Shown in pieces: positions 27,289 through 35,149 of a DNA stretch of 64,000 bases. The position numbers and the translations under genes were made by a program. The stretch comes from a virus (Duplodnaviria > Heunggongvirae > Uroviricota > Caudoviricetes > Demerecviridae): positions 6,367 to 70,366 of IMG/VR virus record IMGVR_UViG_2974619995_000001. The stretch is one strand, 5' to 3'. The notes under the pieces are model-generated. The model saw only the letters and a list, made by a program, of their open reading frames with translations. It had not been told where the DNA came from and made no database searches. Position 1 is the first letter of the stretch, and every line of letters begins with the position of its first letter.

Positions 27289-27366
27289 TGGCGGTTCCTG
27301 CTGGATTCGAACCAGCAACCCTCAACTTAACAAGATGCCGCTCTAACCAATTAGAGCTAAGGAACC
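27289..27366 (-). tRNA. tRNA-Asn (GUU)
   Basis: acceptor GGTTCCT/AGGAACC, D GCTC/GAGC, loop TTGTTAA, T GCTGG/CCAGC; weak anticodon stem. Confidence 0.6.
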
Positions 27367-27861
27367 ATATAAGTCAGAACTAGAGTTAATACGTTCTAGA
27401 TATTTACTAAGATCCCTAGAATTTATACTAAACCACTCATGTTCTTTTAAATCTTTGAAATACTGGTGAATTAGTTTTTCACCTTTTCGTTTGTCAAACC
27501 AAAACGACCAATGCTCTAATTTATAATCCCTATATGGGGAATAGGTCTGATATTGAGCTAATCTCTCTTTTGGATTTTGACTCATACCTATTTTATACTG
27601 ATTTTTCCATGCAGGATTACTAATACAGTATACAAAACCTTCAGAAATAGGAAGTTTATTTTCCTGCTTAAACTTTATAAAGGAAAGTGCGGCAAGTTTT
27701 CTCGAATACATAGTATTCGTATTCTTTTTGGTATTACCATTAGTTCCTGAAAGATTTATATATTCTTCCATAAATCTTTGGATTAGTTCTGCGGTTATAC
27801 AGAAAGGCTCATTAGTAACAACGCCTTTCTTTACCAAACTATCAAAAACTTTTGTATGCAC
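27343..27861 (-). CDS. T5orf172-domain (GIY-YIG-like) protein (172 aa)
   Basis: GFVYCISNPAWKNQYKIGMSQNPKERLAQYQTYSPYRDY; ORF terminates 24 nt inside tRNA-Asn (stop in D-loop GGTTAG). Confidence 0.6.
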   Translation of the reverse strand: MHTKVFDSLVKKGVVTNEPFCITAELIQRFMEEYINLSGTNGNTKKNTNTMYSRKLAALSFIKFKQENKLPISEGFVYCISNPAWKNQYKIGMSQNPKERLAQYQTYSPYRDYKLEHWSFWFDKRKGEKLIHQYFKDLKEHEWFSINSRDLSKYLERINSSSDLYGSLALIG

Positions 27862-27882
27862 TACTTCTTTCCTTTAGTAAAT

Positions 27883-27958
27883 TGGACGACCGCATGAGAT
27901 TTGAACTCACATAAAAAGGATTTGCAATCCTTCGCCTAAGCCCTTCAGCCAACGGTCG
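27883..27958 (-). tRNA. tRNA-Cys (GCA)
   Basis: acceptor CGACCGT/GCGGTCG, AAGGA-TTGCAAA-TCCTT, T GTGAG/CTCAT, CCA encoded. Confidence 0.7.
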
Positions 27959-28006
27959 GTTTATCTTGTTCTGTCATGTTGCTTCTCCAGTTCAATTTAT
28001 GTAATT

Positions 28007-28035
28007 ATTATACAGAACTTTTGGAAACTAAGCAA
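28007..28035 (-). promoter_or_regulatory. T5-type early promoter driving tRNA-Cys block
   Basis: TTGCTT / 17 / TATAAT read directly. Confidence 0.55.
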
Positions 28036-28315
28036 CTACATTTTTTAAGAATTTGATGCCTTTCTTTTTCTTCTTATATTTCCACGTTAATGGATTCTGT
28101 TGATTATGAACGCTTGAGATCTTCGCCTCGTTAAAGTTCTTCAATATCATGTAGTCACAAGATAATTGTTCTAATGGAATGTGATCACCATCAAAAGCAT
28201 ATACATAAGGCTGTTGACTAGCACGATAATGATAGACTTTGTTAATTCTACGTTTCAGCGACTTATCCGCGCAGTAAATAAAGAAGTTTTCAGGATGCAT
28301 CAGCAGCTCCTTCAA
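28028..28315 (-). CDS. hypothetical protein (95 aa)
   Basis: ORF. Confidence 0.45.
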   Translation of the reverse strand: MKELLMHPENFFIYCADKSLKRRINKVYHYRASQQPYVYAFDGDHIPLEQLSCDYMILKNFNEAKISSVHNQQNPLTWKYKKKKKGIKFLKNVVA

Positions 28316-28317
28316 TT

Positions 28318-28392
28318 TGGTGCACCCTGTTCGTATCGAACGAACCTCTTAAGCTCTTCAGGCAAGCGCTAATCCATCTCAGCTAAAGGTGC
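28318..28392 (-). tRNA. tRNA, probably Phe (GAA); poor anticodon stem
   Basis: acceptor GCACCTT/AGGGTGC, D GCTG/TAGC, T GTTCG-TTCGATA-CGAAC, loop CTGAAGA, CCA encoded. Confidence 0.45.
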
Positions 28393-28398
28393 AAATTT

Positions 28399-28483
28399 TG
28401 GCAAACCTACTAGGACTCGAACCTAGACCGTACGGTTTTGGAGACCGACATGCTGTCCAGTAACACTCTAGGAATGCAGAAGT
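28399..28483 (-). ncRNA. tRNA-like element (T-arm CTAGG-TTCGAGT-CCTAG, terminal CCA) with no acceptor pairing; pseudo-tRNA candidate
   Basis: fills the 91-nt gap between two good tRNAs; internal palindrome ACCGTACGGT. Confidence 0.3.
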
Positions 28484-28558
28484 TGGCACACCCACGGAGA
28501 ATTGAACTCCGATTCCCAGATTGAAATCCTGATGTCCTAACCATTAGACGATAGGTGC
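28484..28558 (-). tRNA. tRNA-Glu (UUC)
   Basis: acceptor GCACCTA/TGGGTGT, D GTCT/GGAC, TCAGG-ATTTCAA-TCTGG, T CGGAG/CTCCG. Confidence 0.65.
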
Positions 28559-29089
28559 ATTAACTATTTCTTTATTAACTTTCTGTACTAAATGTTCCAA
28601 GCCAGAAAGTTTATTAATTTGTTCAAATATTTTATTTAGTTTTCTTTGAGGCAACTTAACCCATTCATGATCCCTATCTTGATAGAGACTATGGACAAAC
28701 TTTTCGCCTTCCTTTCTATCAAACCAGAAAGACCAGTGTAGCATTGTATAGTCCCTAAAAGGGCTATATGTTTGATAGTTTGCTAAGCGTTTCTTTGGAT
28801 TAGCTGACATACCAATCTTAAAATAATTGGGCCAGGCCTTATTTGCTATAAAATATATGAAGCCTTCTTTTATGGGAAGTTTATTTTCTTGCTTAAATTT
28901 AATTAAGGATAAGCACAATAGTTTAACGTTATATCTAAGATCTCCTAAGGAGACTTTCTTAGCCTTTGTATTACTTAACTCTAAGTAAACTTTCGAACAT
29001 TCAACTATTAAATCTGGAGTTATATCAAACTCCTTAGCTTTTGTTATTATCTGTCTTTTTTGAAGCTCATTTATTAACTTATTGTGCAT
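28544..29089 (-). CDS. T5orf172-domain (GIY-YIG-like) protein (181 aa)
   Basis: GFIYFIANKAWPNYFKIGMSANPKKRLANYQTYSPFRDY; ORF ends 15 nt inside tRNA-Glu (stop TAA in D-loop). Confidence 0.6.
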   Translation of the reverse strand: MHNKLINELQKRQIITKAKEFDITPDLIVECSKVYLELSNTKAKKVSLGDLRYNVKLLCLSLIKFKQENKLPIKEGFIYFIANKAWPNYFKIGMSANPKKRLANYQTYSPFRDYTMLHWSFWFDRKEGEKFVHSLYQDRDHEWVKLPQRKLNKIFEQINKLSGLEHLVQKVNKEIVNAPIV

Positions 29090-29107
29090 ATTACTTCCTT
29101 AGTAATT

Positions 29108-29188
29108 TGGTGGGGGATGGAGGACTCGAACCTCCGCGTGGTATACCCGGTCTACAGCCAGGCGCCGTCGCCACTGAGCCAATCCCCC
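29108..29188 (-). tRNA. tRNA-Tyr (GUA), type II
   Basis: 81 nt; acceptor GGGGGAT/ATCCCCC, CCTGG-CTGTAGA-CCGGG, T GGAGG/CCTCC, CCA encoded. Confidence 0.7.
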
Positions 29189-29189
29189 A

Positions 29190-29300
29190 TATTTGAATGA
29201 AAAGTAAGTCGGTTAAACTCAAGGTGGAATATTTCAGGAAATCCTGACTTTACCCCTAAAAGCAACTCGCTTAGTTACTTCTCATTCAAATATGTTTTCA
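29190..29300 (-). ncRNA. about 110-nt structured 5' leader / candidate small RNA upstream of tRNA-Tyr
   Basis: 12-bp long-range stem ATTTGAATGAAAAG / CTTCTCATTCAAAT; transcribed from TTGCTC-17-TATAAT promoter at about 29303-29340. Confidence 0.35.
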
Positions 29301-29328
29301 AATTAGGTAACTATTATACCAAGTTTTA

Positions 29329-29369
29329 AGGCACTGAGCAAGTCAAATTTTAAAGAACTTGCTCAGTGC
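29329..29369 (-). terminator. 13-bp perfect hairpin GCACTGAGCAAGT...ACTTGCTCAGTGC downstream of 29378..29653
   Basis: read directly; overlaps -35 of the tRNA-Tyr promoter. Confidence 0.45.
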
Positions 29370-29377
29370 TATATTAG

Positions 29378-29653
29378 TTAGTCGAACTTAGGAGTGACAG
29401 TTAAGGAGAACGGAAGTTCGAAAACTTCTTCACCCTCATTACTAACGGTAACTACACGACCTTTAAGTTCAGACATTAAAATATCAATATCAGCTTTTGC
29501 ATCTGGAGCCATGCCAGCTTCAATACATTTAGCTTTAACCTCCGGTAGAAGATCTACATTATAGAGATAGAGCCACTCAATCTCACCTTCCCAGTCTTCC
29601 CAGGATTTGCAGATTGCACTTTCAATGCCAGTTGCTACAACACGATTTTGCAT
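29378..29653 (-). CDS. hypothetical protein (91 aa)
   Basis: ORF. Confidence 0.5.
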   Translation of the reverse strand: MQNRVVATGIESAICKSWEDWEGEIEWLYLYNVDLLPEVKAKCIEAGMAPDAKADIDILMSELKGRVVTVSNEGEEVFELPFSLTVTPKFD

Positions 29654-29683
29654 TCGTTAACTCCTTCATCAATTTATACAACT

Positions 29684-29714
29684 ATTATATCAGAAATTTA
29701 AAGCAAAAGGCAAG
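29684..29714 (-). promoter_or_regulatory. early promoter (TATAAT + conserved UTR; -35 less clear)
   Basis: read directly. Confidence 0.4.
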
Positions 29715-29743
29715 TACATTTTTAAAAATTCTGTTTGGAGGAG

Positions 29744-29950
29744 CTAAACTCCAGATTCTTCAGCTAAGTCTAGGCTAATAAGAGTTATAGCCATAATTGC
29801 TGCACCGTGTTCTTTTTCTCCGGTGTTTTTAGCAGAGTCTATAATAGTCTTAATCTGTTCGTAATAGCCTTTTACTTCTTGTTCAATACCTGCCTCGGCT
29901 ATCATGCCTTTAGTCATGATTCGTTGCATAGTAATTTCACGGTTAGCCAT
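29744..29950 (-). CDS. hypothetical protein (68 aa)
   Basis: ORF. Confidence 0.45.
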   Translation of the reverse strand: MANREITMQRIMTKGMIAEAGIEQEVKGYYEQIKTIIDSAKNTGEKEHGAAIMAITLISLDLAEESGV

Positions 29951-30125
29951 GATGTTTCTCCAGCTTCATTTTTAATAGTTTACAAATGAAATCAACGTCT
30001 TCATCTGTACCTAGATCTCTATCTTCAAGAGTTGCCTTGAAGTTTTTAGTCAATTCCATGAGGATAACTTCTCTAGAACGACGTGTTGGCGGAGGTGGAG
30101 GTCTATACATCTTATTTCCTTAATT

Positions 30126-30201
30126 TGGTAGGGGTGGTGGGATTCGAACCCACAAAACCTGAATTTTAAGTCCAGTACCTATGCCAATTCGATTACACCC
30201 C
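30126..30201 (-). tRNA. tRNA with anticodon UAA (Leu-like) but type I length; D-arm poorly paired
   Basis: acceptor GGGGGTG/CACCCCT, CTGGA-CTTAAAA-TTCAG, T GTGGG-TTCGAAT-CCCAC, CCA encoded. Confidence 0.5.
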
Positions 30202-30303
30202 CGTGTAATCAGTTTATTAGTTGATACATATTATAGCCTAGTGAAAATCCTACTACTAGTCCCACAAACCAACCAATATAATAATCTTTTAGTTTCACAG
30301 ATA

Positions 30304-30489
30304 TTACCCTCTTTCAATATCTAGAGAAATACCACAGTTAGGATTAATACCTGTACCATTGCAATTTGGGCAAACCCAGATATTGCAAAAAGTATCTCCT
30401 GCTTCTGCATCAGAACTTTCACCAATTCCCCTACACTCAGGGCAGGCACATTCTTCTAGCTCTTGCTTGAGTTCTTGAAACTTGGACAT
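30304..30489 (-). CDS. small zinc-ribbon protein (61 aa)
   Basis: CxxC x16 CxxC pattern. Confidence 0.45.
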   Translation of the reverse strand: MSKFQELKQELEECACPECRGIGESSDAEAGDTFCNIWVCPNCNGTGINPNCGISLDIERG

Positions 30490-30498
30490 ATAGTCTCC

Positions 30499-30687
30499 TT
30501 AGTCAATTACTTTTGAGGCCTCAAGGTAGTCGATATAGTGTACGTTTTCTACCGTAATCATATAATCTGCCACTTTATCCATAGCTTGGGCTTCAGAGGT
30601 AGCTCTGGCTAACCTATATCCTTTTTTATATTCATCAGGGTATTCTCTATCTTGAATAAACACAACATAAACTATGTATAATTCCAC
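30499..30687 (-). CDS. small protein (62 aa, GTG start)
   Basis: track ORF 30499..30834 runs into tRNAs; GTG at 30687 preceded by RBS AGGGGA. Confidence 0.35.
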   Translation of the reverse strand: MELYIVYVVFIQDREYPDEYKKGYRLARATSEAQAMDKVADYMITVENVHYIDYLEASKVID

Positions 30688-30707
30688 TTGTAATCCCCTA
30701 ATTAAGT

Positions 30708-30785
30708 TGGTGGCTCCCCGAGGATTCGAACCTACGTACCTTCCAGTTATGAGCTGGGTGCTCATACCATATGAGCTTGAGAACC
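30708..30785 (-). tRNA. tRNA-Met/Ile2 (CAU), third CAU species
   Basis: acceptor GGTTCTC/GGGAGCC, D GCTC/GAGC, CCAG-CTCATAA-CTGG, CCA encoded. Confidence 0.6.
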
Positions 30786-30791
30786 AGAATT

Positions 30792-30880
30792 TGGCGGAAG
30801 AAGTGGGAATCGAACCCACAAGGCTATATTTCAAACCGACAGATTAGCAATCTGCTGCAATACCGTTATGCTATTCTTCC
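30792..30880 (-). tRNA. tRNA-Ser (GCU), type II
   Basis: 89 nt; acceptor GGAAGAA/TTCTTCC, GCAGA-TTGCTAA-TCTGT, T GTGGG/CCCAC. Confidence 0.65.
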
Positions 30881-30895
30881 GAATTTATAAGATAT

Positions 30896-30924
30896 ATTAT
30901 ATTAGAAATTTAGCTTCATAGCAA
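30896..30924 (-). promoter_or_regulatory. T5-type early promoter driving tRNA block 30880 downward
   Basis: TTGCTA / 17 / TATAAT. Confidence 0.5.
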
Positions 30925-31420
30925 GAAAATTTTTCAAGTTTTCGGTAGACATCTCATCCACATCTACAGGAGAAACAAAGCCGTTTAATTTTCTAGCAAA
31001 TTTTTCACCCGCAGGATCGTTATCCCCGACAGCTACCAATTTAAAAGGTAATAATTTCAGTTGCTTTAATAACGCTTTTCCTGGAGAAGAACCCAACATT
31101 GCTAGGGCTGGATAACCAGCGTTATGTAACGCAACTGCCTTAAATACAGATTCAGCGATCAATACTACTTTTTAATCTCCATTGAGAGTTTCTAATCCCC
31201 ATACACACTGGGTAGTAGAATAGGTAAAATATTTAGCTTCAAAGGGACACTTACCATGACCTTTTGGAGCAGAAGGATTATAAGTTTGATAGCCCCTAAA
31301 CATCCCAGAGAAATCATACAACGGGACTGTTAGCCATCCTTCCGGACTTAACCAGCAATGATATTTATCTGCATCAAATCCTCTAGATAGAAGATGCTGT
31401 GTTAATTCATCAACACCCAT
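30902..31420 (-). pseudogene. Toprim-domain (DnaG-primase C-terminal-like) gene interrupted by an in-frame TAA at 31172-31174
   Basis: ORFs 31172..31420 and 30902..31162 are in the same frame; combined product parallels residues about 150-290 of the primase at 61636..62526 (VAVGDNDPAGEKFARKL vs VVILLDNDASGNKAAQALAKL). Confidence 0.5.
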
Positions 31421-31516
31421 GTTTAATCTCCTAGTTAGTTTTATAATTACATTATATAGAAAAGCCCTGCGCTCTCCAGGAAACGCAGGGCTTACTTCAG
31501 ATGTTACATGCGGGTA

Positions 31517-32464
31517 TTATTTATTACGCATATCCATGATCATTTGGCCATCATAACCAGTACCAACTACCGTCTGTGGTACACCACCTTGATACTTCTG
31601 AGCACGGATCATTTCAACTTCCAGTTGCTTCCAGCGAATCATCTCAGGAGTAATGGTACGTTGCAATGCGGCGTTAGCTTCAGCTTCTTTCTTAGCTGCG
31701 TACAGTTTAGCATCTGCGTCACGTTCATTAGCAATAGCTTGGTTGTTGCGAGCTTCACGATCTGCTTCTGCTTGTTTAACTTTTTGCTGTGCTTCCTGTT
31801 CAACACGAGCTAATTCAGCTTTAGCAGCATTAACCTGTTCTTCACGAACTTTGGTATTCTGTACCTGTTCCATGATTACCGGTGGCAAAGTAATATCCTG
31901 AAGGAACACCTGCTTAACTGTGTAACCATATGGGCGTGCATACTCTTCAACTTCCTGTTGAATTGCAGTTTGCAATTGAGCCTGAATTTTAGCATCAAAT
32001 AAATCTTGTGCTTTAGATACAGACTTACCAAACTCACGAATAGTAGACAGTAATTTTTCAGTTACATATTTGTCTAACGCTTGATCCTGATTACCTGCAT
32101 TAATACGGTTAATCGGTGCTTTAGAACCATCAAACTGCAACATAACAGTCAGGTCAACAGTGGATTTAAACTTATCCTGACTAGGAACCTGAAGTTTATC
32201 TAATTTTAGAGCAATATCTTTAGTACTAAAAGTATCAAAAGAAGCAAAAGGATTTACAATATGGAAACCAGGTAATACTGGATTAGGATCAACTTTACCC
32301 AAGAAAGTCTGGGTCTTAACAGTACCGTCTTGAACAACGGTATAGGAGTTAAGAGCTAGAACTAAACCTGCTAAACCAACTACAGCACCAATCCCCCAAC
32401 GTTTAATAGTACGAATTACTTTCTGCTCAGAAGTCAGTTCTTTCATATTTTTAGTATTAAACAT
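31517..32464 (-). CDS. SPFH / band-7 (HflC/prohibitin-like) membrane protein (315 aa)
   Basis: N-terminal TM, SPFH-like core, long Ala/Gln/Glu-rich coiled-coil tail. Confidence 0.7.
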   Translation of the reverse strand: MFNTKNMKELTSEQKVIRTIKRWGIGAVVGLAGLVLALNSYTVVQDGTVKTQTFLGKVDPNPVLPGFHIVNPFASFDTFSTKDIALKLDKLQVPSQDKFKSTVDLTVMLQFDGSKAPINRINAGNQDQALDKYVTEKLLSTIREFGKSVSKAQDLFDAKIQAQLQTAIQQEVEEYARPYGYTVKQVFLQDITLPPVIMEQVQNTKVREEQVNAAKAELARVEQEAQQKVKQAEADREARNNQAIANERDADAKLYAAKKEAEANAALQRTITPEMIRWKQLEVEMIRAQKYQGGVPQTVVGTGYDGQMIMDMRNK

Positions 32465-32498
32465 ATATTTCCTTTGTTTTAGTTACAGTTAATAAAAT

Positions 32499-32573
32499 TG
32501 GCCGAGGTGACAGGATTCGAACCTGCATAAAGGAATTTAGAAGACTCCTGCCTCTCCCTTAGACTACACCCCG
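32499..32573 (-). tRNA. tRNA-Arg (UCU)
   Basis: acceptor CGGGGTG/CACCTCG, D GTCT/AGGC, GGAGT-CTTCTAA-ATTCC, CCA encoded. Confidence 0.65.
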
Positions 32574-32574
32574 T

Positions 32575-33070
32575 TTAAGTATTTTTAAGAACTCTCGTAA
32601 AAACTCTTAAAAATACAGACGATACCGGGAGAGTCATAAGTCTCACTCATTAAGTATTTCAAGACAAAATACAGTAACGTCTATTATTTTCCAGTTTAAG
32701 TCAGGGTGACTTAGTGGTTATGTCCTGCGGTATATTGAGGACTCGGTTAGGCTTGGGGTCATGACTTCCCGCCTTTTGCTGCTACTCAACAGGAATTATC
32801 GCGAATTACCTGTGCTATTGTGCACCATTAGTGACATCTCTCATGTCAGCATTTCCCACTTTGTGGATAGCTTGAAAAACTACTCCGATGTGGAGAAAGA
32901 ACCTCACTATCCTAGAATACCTTCTAAAGTTCTTCTTTAGCCTGGACATAGTTAAATCGTAATAAAACTATTCAGCAGACTGGTTGGTTAGTCTGGAACC
33001 AACTACCGCGTGGTTTAGGCAGTGCGCAACTAACCTCGGAAGCTTTTACGTTAAAAGCATCAGTTATCCA
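32575..33070 (-). other. about 500-bp ORF-free structured segment inside tRNA cluster (candidate stable RNAs); DnaA-box-like TGTGGATAG at 32860-32868
   Basis: no ORF over 60 aa on either strand; multiple hairpins. Confidence 0.3.
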
Positions 33071-33155
33071 GTTCTTACCGACCGTAAGATTCGAACCTAC
33101 ATCTTCCACCAGTTACGGCTTGATAATACCAATTATACTAGGACGGCAGTGTTAC
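33071..33155 (-). ncRNA. tRNA-like element (T-arm GTAGG-TTCGAAT-CTTAC, acceptor GCCGTCC/GGTCGGT) with no foldable anticodon arm
   Basis: manual folding. Confidence 0.3.
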
Positions 33156-33224
33156 TACATAAGTGATTTCCACACCCCACTATTTATAAATTAGGTGCCT
33201 AATTATCATCTAATTTATGAATAT

Positions 33225-33253
33225 ATTATATAGAATTTATAAGCATTTAGCAA
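33225..33253 (-). promoter_or_regulatory. T5-type early promoter with no CDS downstream (drives tRNA-like/ncRNA region)
   Basis: TTGCTA / 17 / TATAAT. Confidence 0.55.
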
Positions 33254-33261
33254 ATGAATTT

Positions 33262-33696
33262 TTAGAAAAATTCGCTAGCAATCAAAGCAGTTGTTTTACC
33301 CTCATAACGCCCTGGAAACTCTGCCTTAATGGTTTTCATTAAGAGAGCTTTGGTAATGCCGGGATTTAGCTTAACCAGTTCTGCAAAGTATTTACGAATT
33401 TCAGTTTCAGTCAGTTGACTTGGCTGATACTCTTGCAGCATGGAATAAAGCAGTTGCTCATAGTCTACATCAGTAGGAACTTTCGTACCAACTTTAATAG
33501 CGCGCTGCTTTGCATTTTCTAGAGCCTTAATCTGAGCTTTCAGATAGGCTACGAACTCGGTTCGAGTAACAATATCTTTATCAATACGTTGCAGGTCGCC
33601 AATCATGGTCTGAAGATTAAGCGCCCGCTCTTTATCACCGTGAGTACGTGCTAGACTAAGCAGTCCACGAAGGGTCATTAGGATATTTTCACCCAT
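33262..33696 (-). CDS. hypothetical protein (144 aa)
   Basis: ORF. Confidence 0.55.
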   Translation of the reverse strand: MGENILMTLRGLLSLARTHGDKERALNLQTMIGDLQRIDKDIVTRTEFVAYLKAQIKALENAKQRAIKVGTKVPTDVDYEQLLYSMLQEYQPSQLTETEIRKYFAELVKLNPGITKALLMKTIKAEFPGRYEGKTTALIASEFF

Positions 33697-33700
33697 TATT

Positions 33701-33868
33701 TCATCCCCAGTGCTTGGTTAAAAGATTGCTCTGTCATAACTGCTGAGACTTTGGCGAAATCAAACTTTTTAGGGTTCGTAGTGATTTCAGCAACGTTAGA
33801 AGTTTTAACAGTTTTCGTAGTACGAATACCGCGAGTGTTAACACCAATAATTACAACTGATTTCATAT
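33701..33868 (-). CDS. small protein (55 aa), absent from ORF track
   Basis: ATG with RBS; stop overlaps next start (ATGAAATAATG). Confidence 0.4.
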
Positions 33869-33897
33869 TTCGCTTCCTCTCATTAATTTATGGAAGT

Positions 33898-33926
33898 ATT
33901 ATACGGAAATTTAAGTATTTAAGCAA
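33898..33926 (-). promoter_or_regulatory. T5-type early promoter
   Basis: TTGCTT / 17 / TATAAT. Confidence 0.6.
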
Positions 33927-33934
33927 GTAAATTT

Positions 33935-34402
33935 TTAAGTTTTAGTGACAACAGGTTTATAAAACGTATGTCCCTTAATCTTAGTTGTTTTCTTAAACTT
34001 CTTTGTCCAGTAAGGTTTATCTTTACCACTATGGAAGTATAGTGCTCCATATGTAGGATCTTGTGGTAAATCAACGTAGTATATCACTCTAGCTAAATTC
34101 TTAGCGGTTTGCCAAGCCTCATCAGTTTTATCAACTTTTGGTCTCTTAGATACCCAAGAGAACTGGTTAGACTGATATACTACTTTACAGTAGGAATCTG
34201 GGAATTTACCGGAGTTTACACGGTTTTTAGTAACGTGTGCAATCGCCGTCATTCCCTTTATGCCCTCACCACGACTTTCGAAATAGATATTTTTAGCAAT
34301 ACAATCTATTTCTTTTGCATCGTGCGATGCCTGACTACTAAAGCTCAAGGTAAGGGCAGCTACTAAAAGCAAAGCTGCCTTCATTCTTTTTACTCCTGCC
34401 AA
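33935..34402 (-). CDS. secreted SleB-like cell-wall hydrolase (155 aa)
   Basis: signal peptide + Hydrolase_2 (SleB)-like motif NIYFESRGE...KGMTAIAHVTKNRV. Confidence 0.55.
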   Translation of the reverse strand: MAGVKRMKAALLLVAALTLSFSSQASHDAKEIDCIAKNIYFESRGEGIKGMTAIAHVTKNRVNSGKFPDSYCKVVYQSNQFSWVSKRPKVDKTDEAWQTAKNLARVIYYVDLPQDPTYGALYFHSGKDKPYWTKKFKKTTKIKGHTFYKPVVTKT

Positions 34403-34707
34403 TCGTATTCAATACGATTGGGGTTTTCTTTGTATCCCAAGTCAAGCAAGTCATTACGCATATTTTGCTTAGCTACTGGGTTCGAGGTTACTAGTACCAC
34501 TTTCTTTGGTCTCTGCCCAAATTCTAAGAGTAAACGAAGAATTTGATAACCTTCCATACCATCTACAGCCAAGTCATTATCCATATAAACGAAATGGCCA
34601 GTGGTATCAGTATTATTCAGAAACTCAACAGCGGCTTCGGGGGTTCGAATGATAATATCCATCCCATTTAAGTTACGAACATCATCAATCAGAATATGGA
34701 AAGTCAT
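34390..34707 (-). CDS. stand-alone CheY-like receiver-domain-like protein (105 aa)
   Basis: alternating beta/alpha pattern with Asp pocket candidates (IDDV, YMDNDL) and LVTSNP; identified by eye only. Confidence 0.4.
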   Translation of the reverse strand: MTFHILIDDVRNLNGMDIIIRTPEAAVEFLNNTDTTGHFVYMDNDLAVDGMEGYQILRLLLEFGQRPKKVVLVTSNPVAKQNMRNDLLDLGYKENPNRIEYDWQE

Positions 34708-34737
34708 AATAGCCTCGTCTCATCAATTTAAAAATAT

Positions 34738-34766
34738 ATTATACAGAGAATTTAATAAATCAGCAA
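34738..34766 (-). promoter_or_regulatory. T5-type early promoter
   Basis: TTGCTG / 17 / TATAAT. Confidence 0.55.
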
Positions 34767-35149
34767 ATACATTTTTAAATTGTGAAACTAGTAAACCGAT
34801 AAACAGCCTAGAGGCGCCACAGGCCATATCTTACGAGCCATGTACCTTTGATCTAGGGTTTGAATCATCAACGAATACTTTGCATCTTTTAGCTTTAGAA
34901 GTTTAGAATTTTGAGTTCTTTAAACTTTTCAGCTTTCATACTTAAATGTTGATCTTTGAAGTTGTGTCGGTAATATCAACGACGCTTTGTTTTTACGTGT
35001 CAGATTAAATGTCTGATGTAATAAACATAATCTCCAATAGATTATACTTTATAGTATGGTCAGCGGTCTTATTTAACCTCGTATTTCAACCGCTGCTGCG
35101 AGGTAAGATGCTTGGGCTTTCGTCTACCGATTTACTAGCTTTTAAATTA

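Noticed and set aside
30126-30201. tRNA with anticodon UAA as a nonsense suppressor for the in-frame TAA at 31172
   Set aside because: Anticodon UAA decodes UUA/UUG (Leu), not the UAA stop. Suppression would need UUA, so no link is supported.
30688-30834. N-terminal extension of ORF 30499..30834 across tRNA-Met and tRNA-Ser(GCU)
   Set aside because: Extension is translated tRNA sequence; a GTG start with RBS at 30687 gives a sensible 62-aa product instead.
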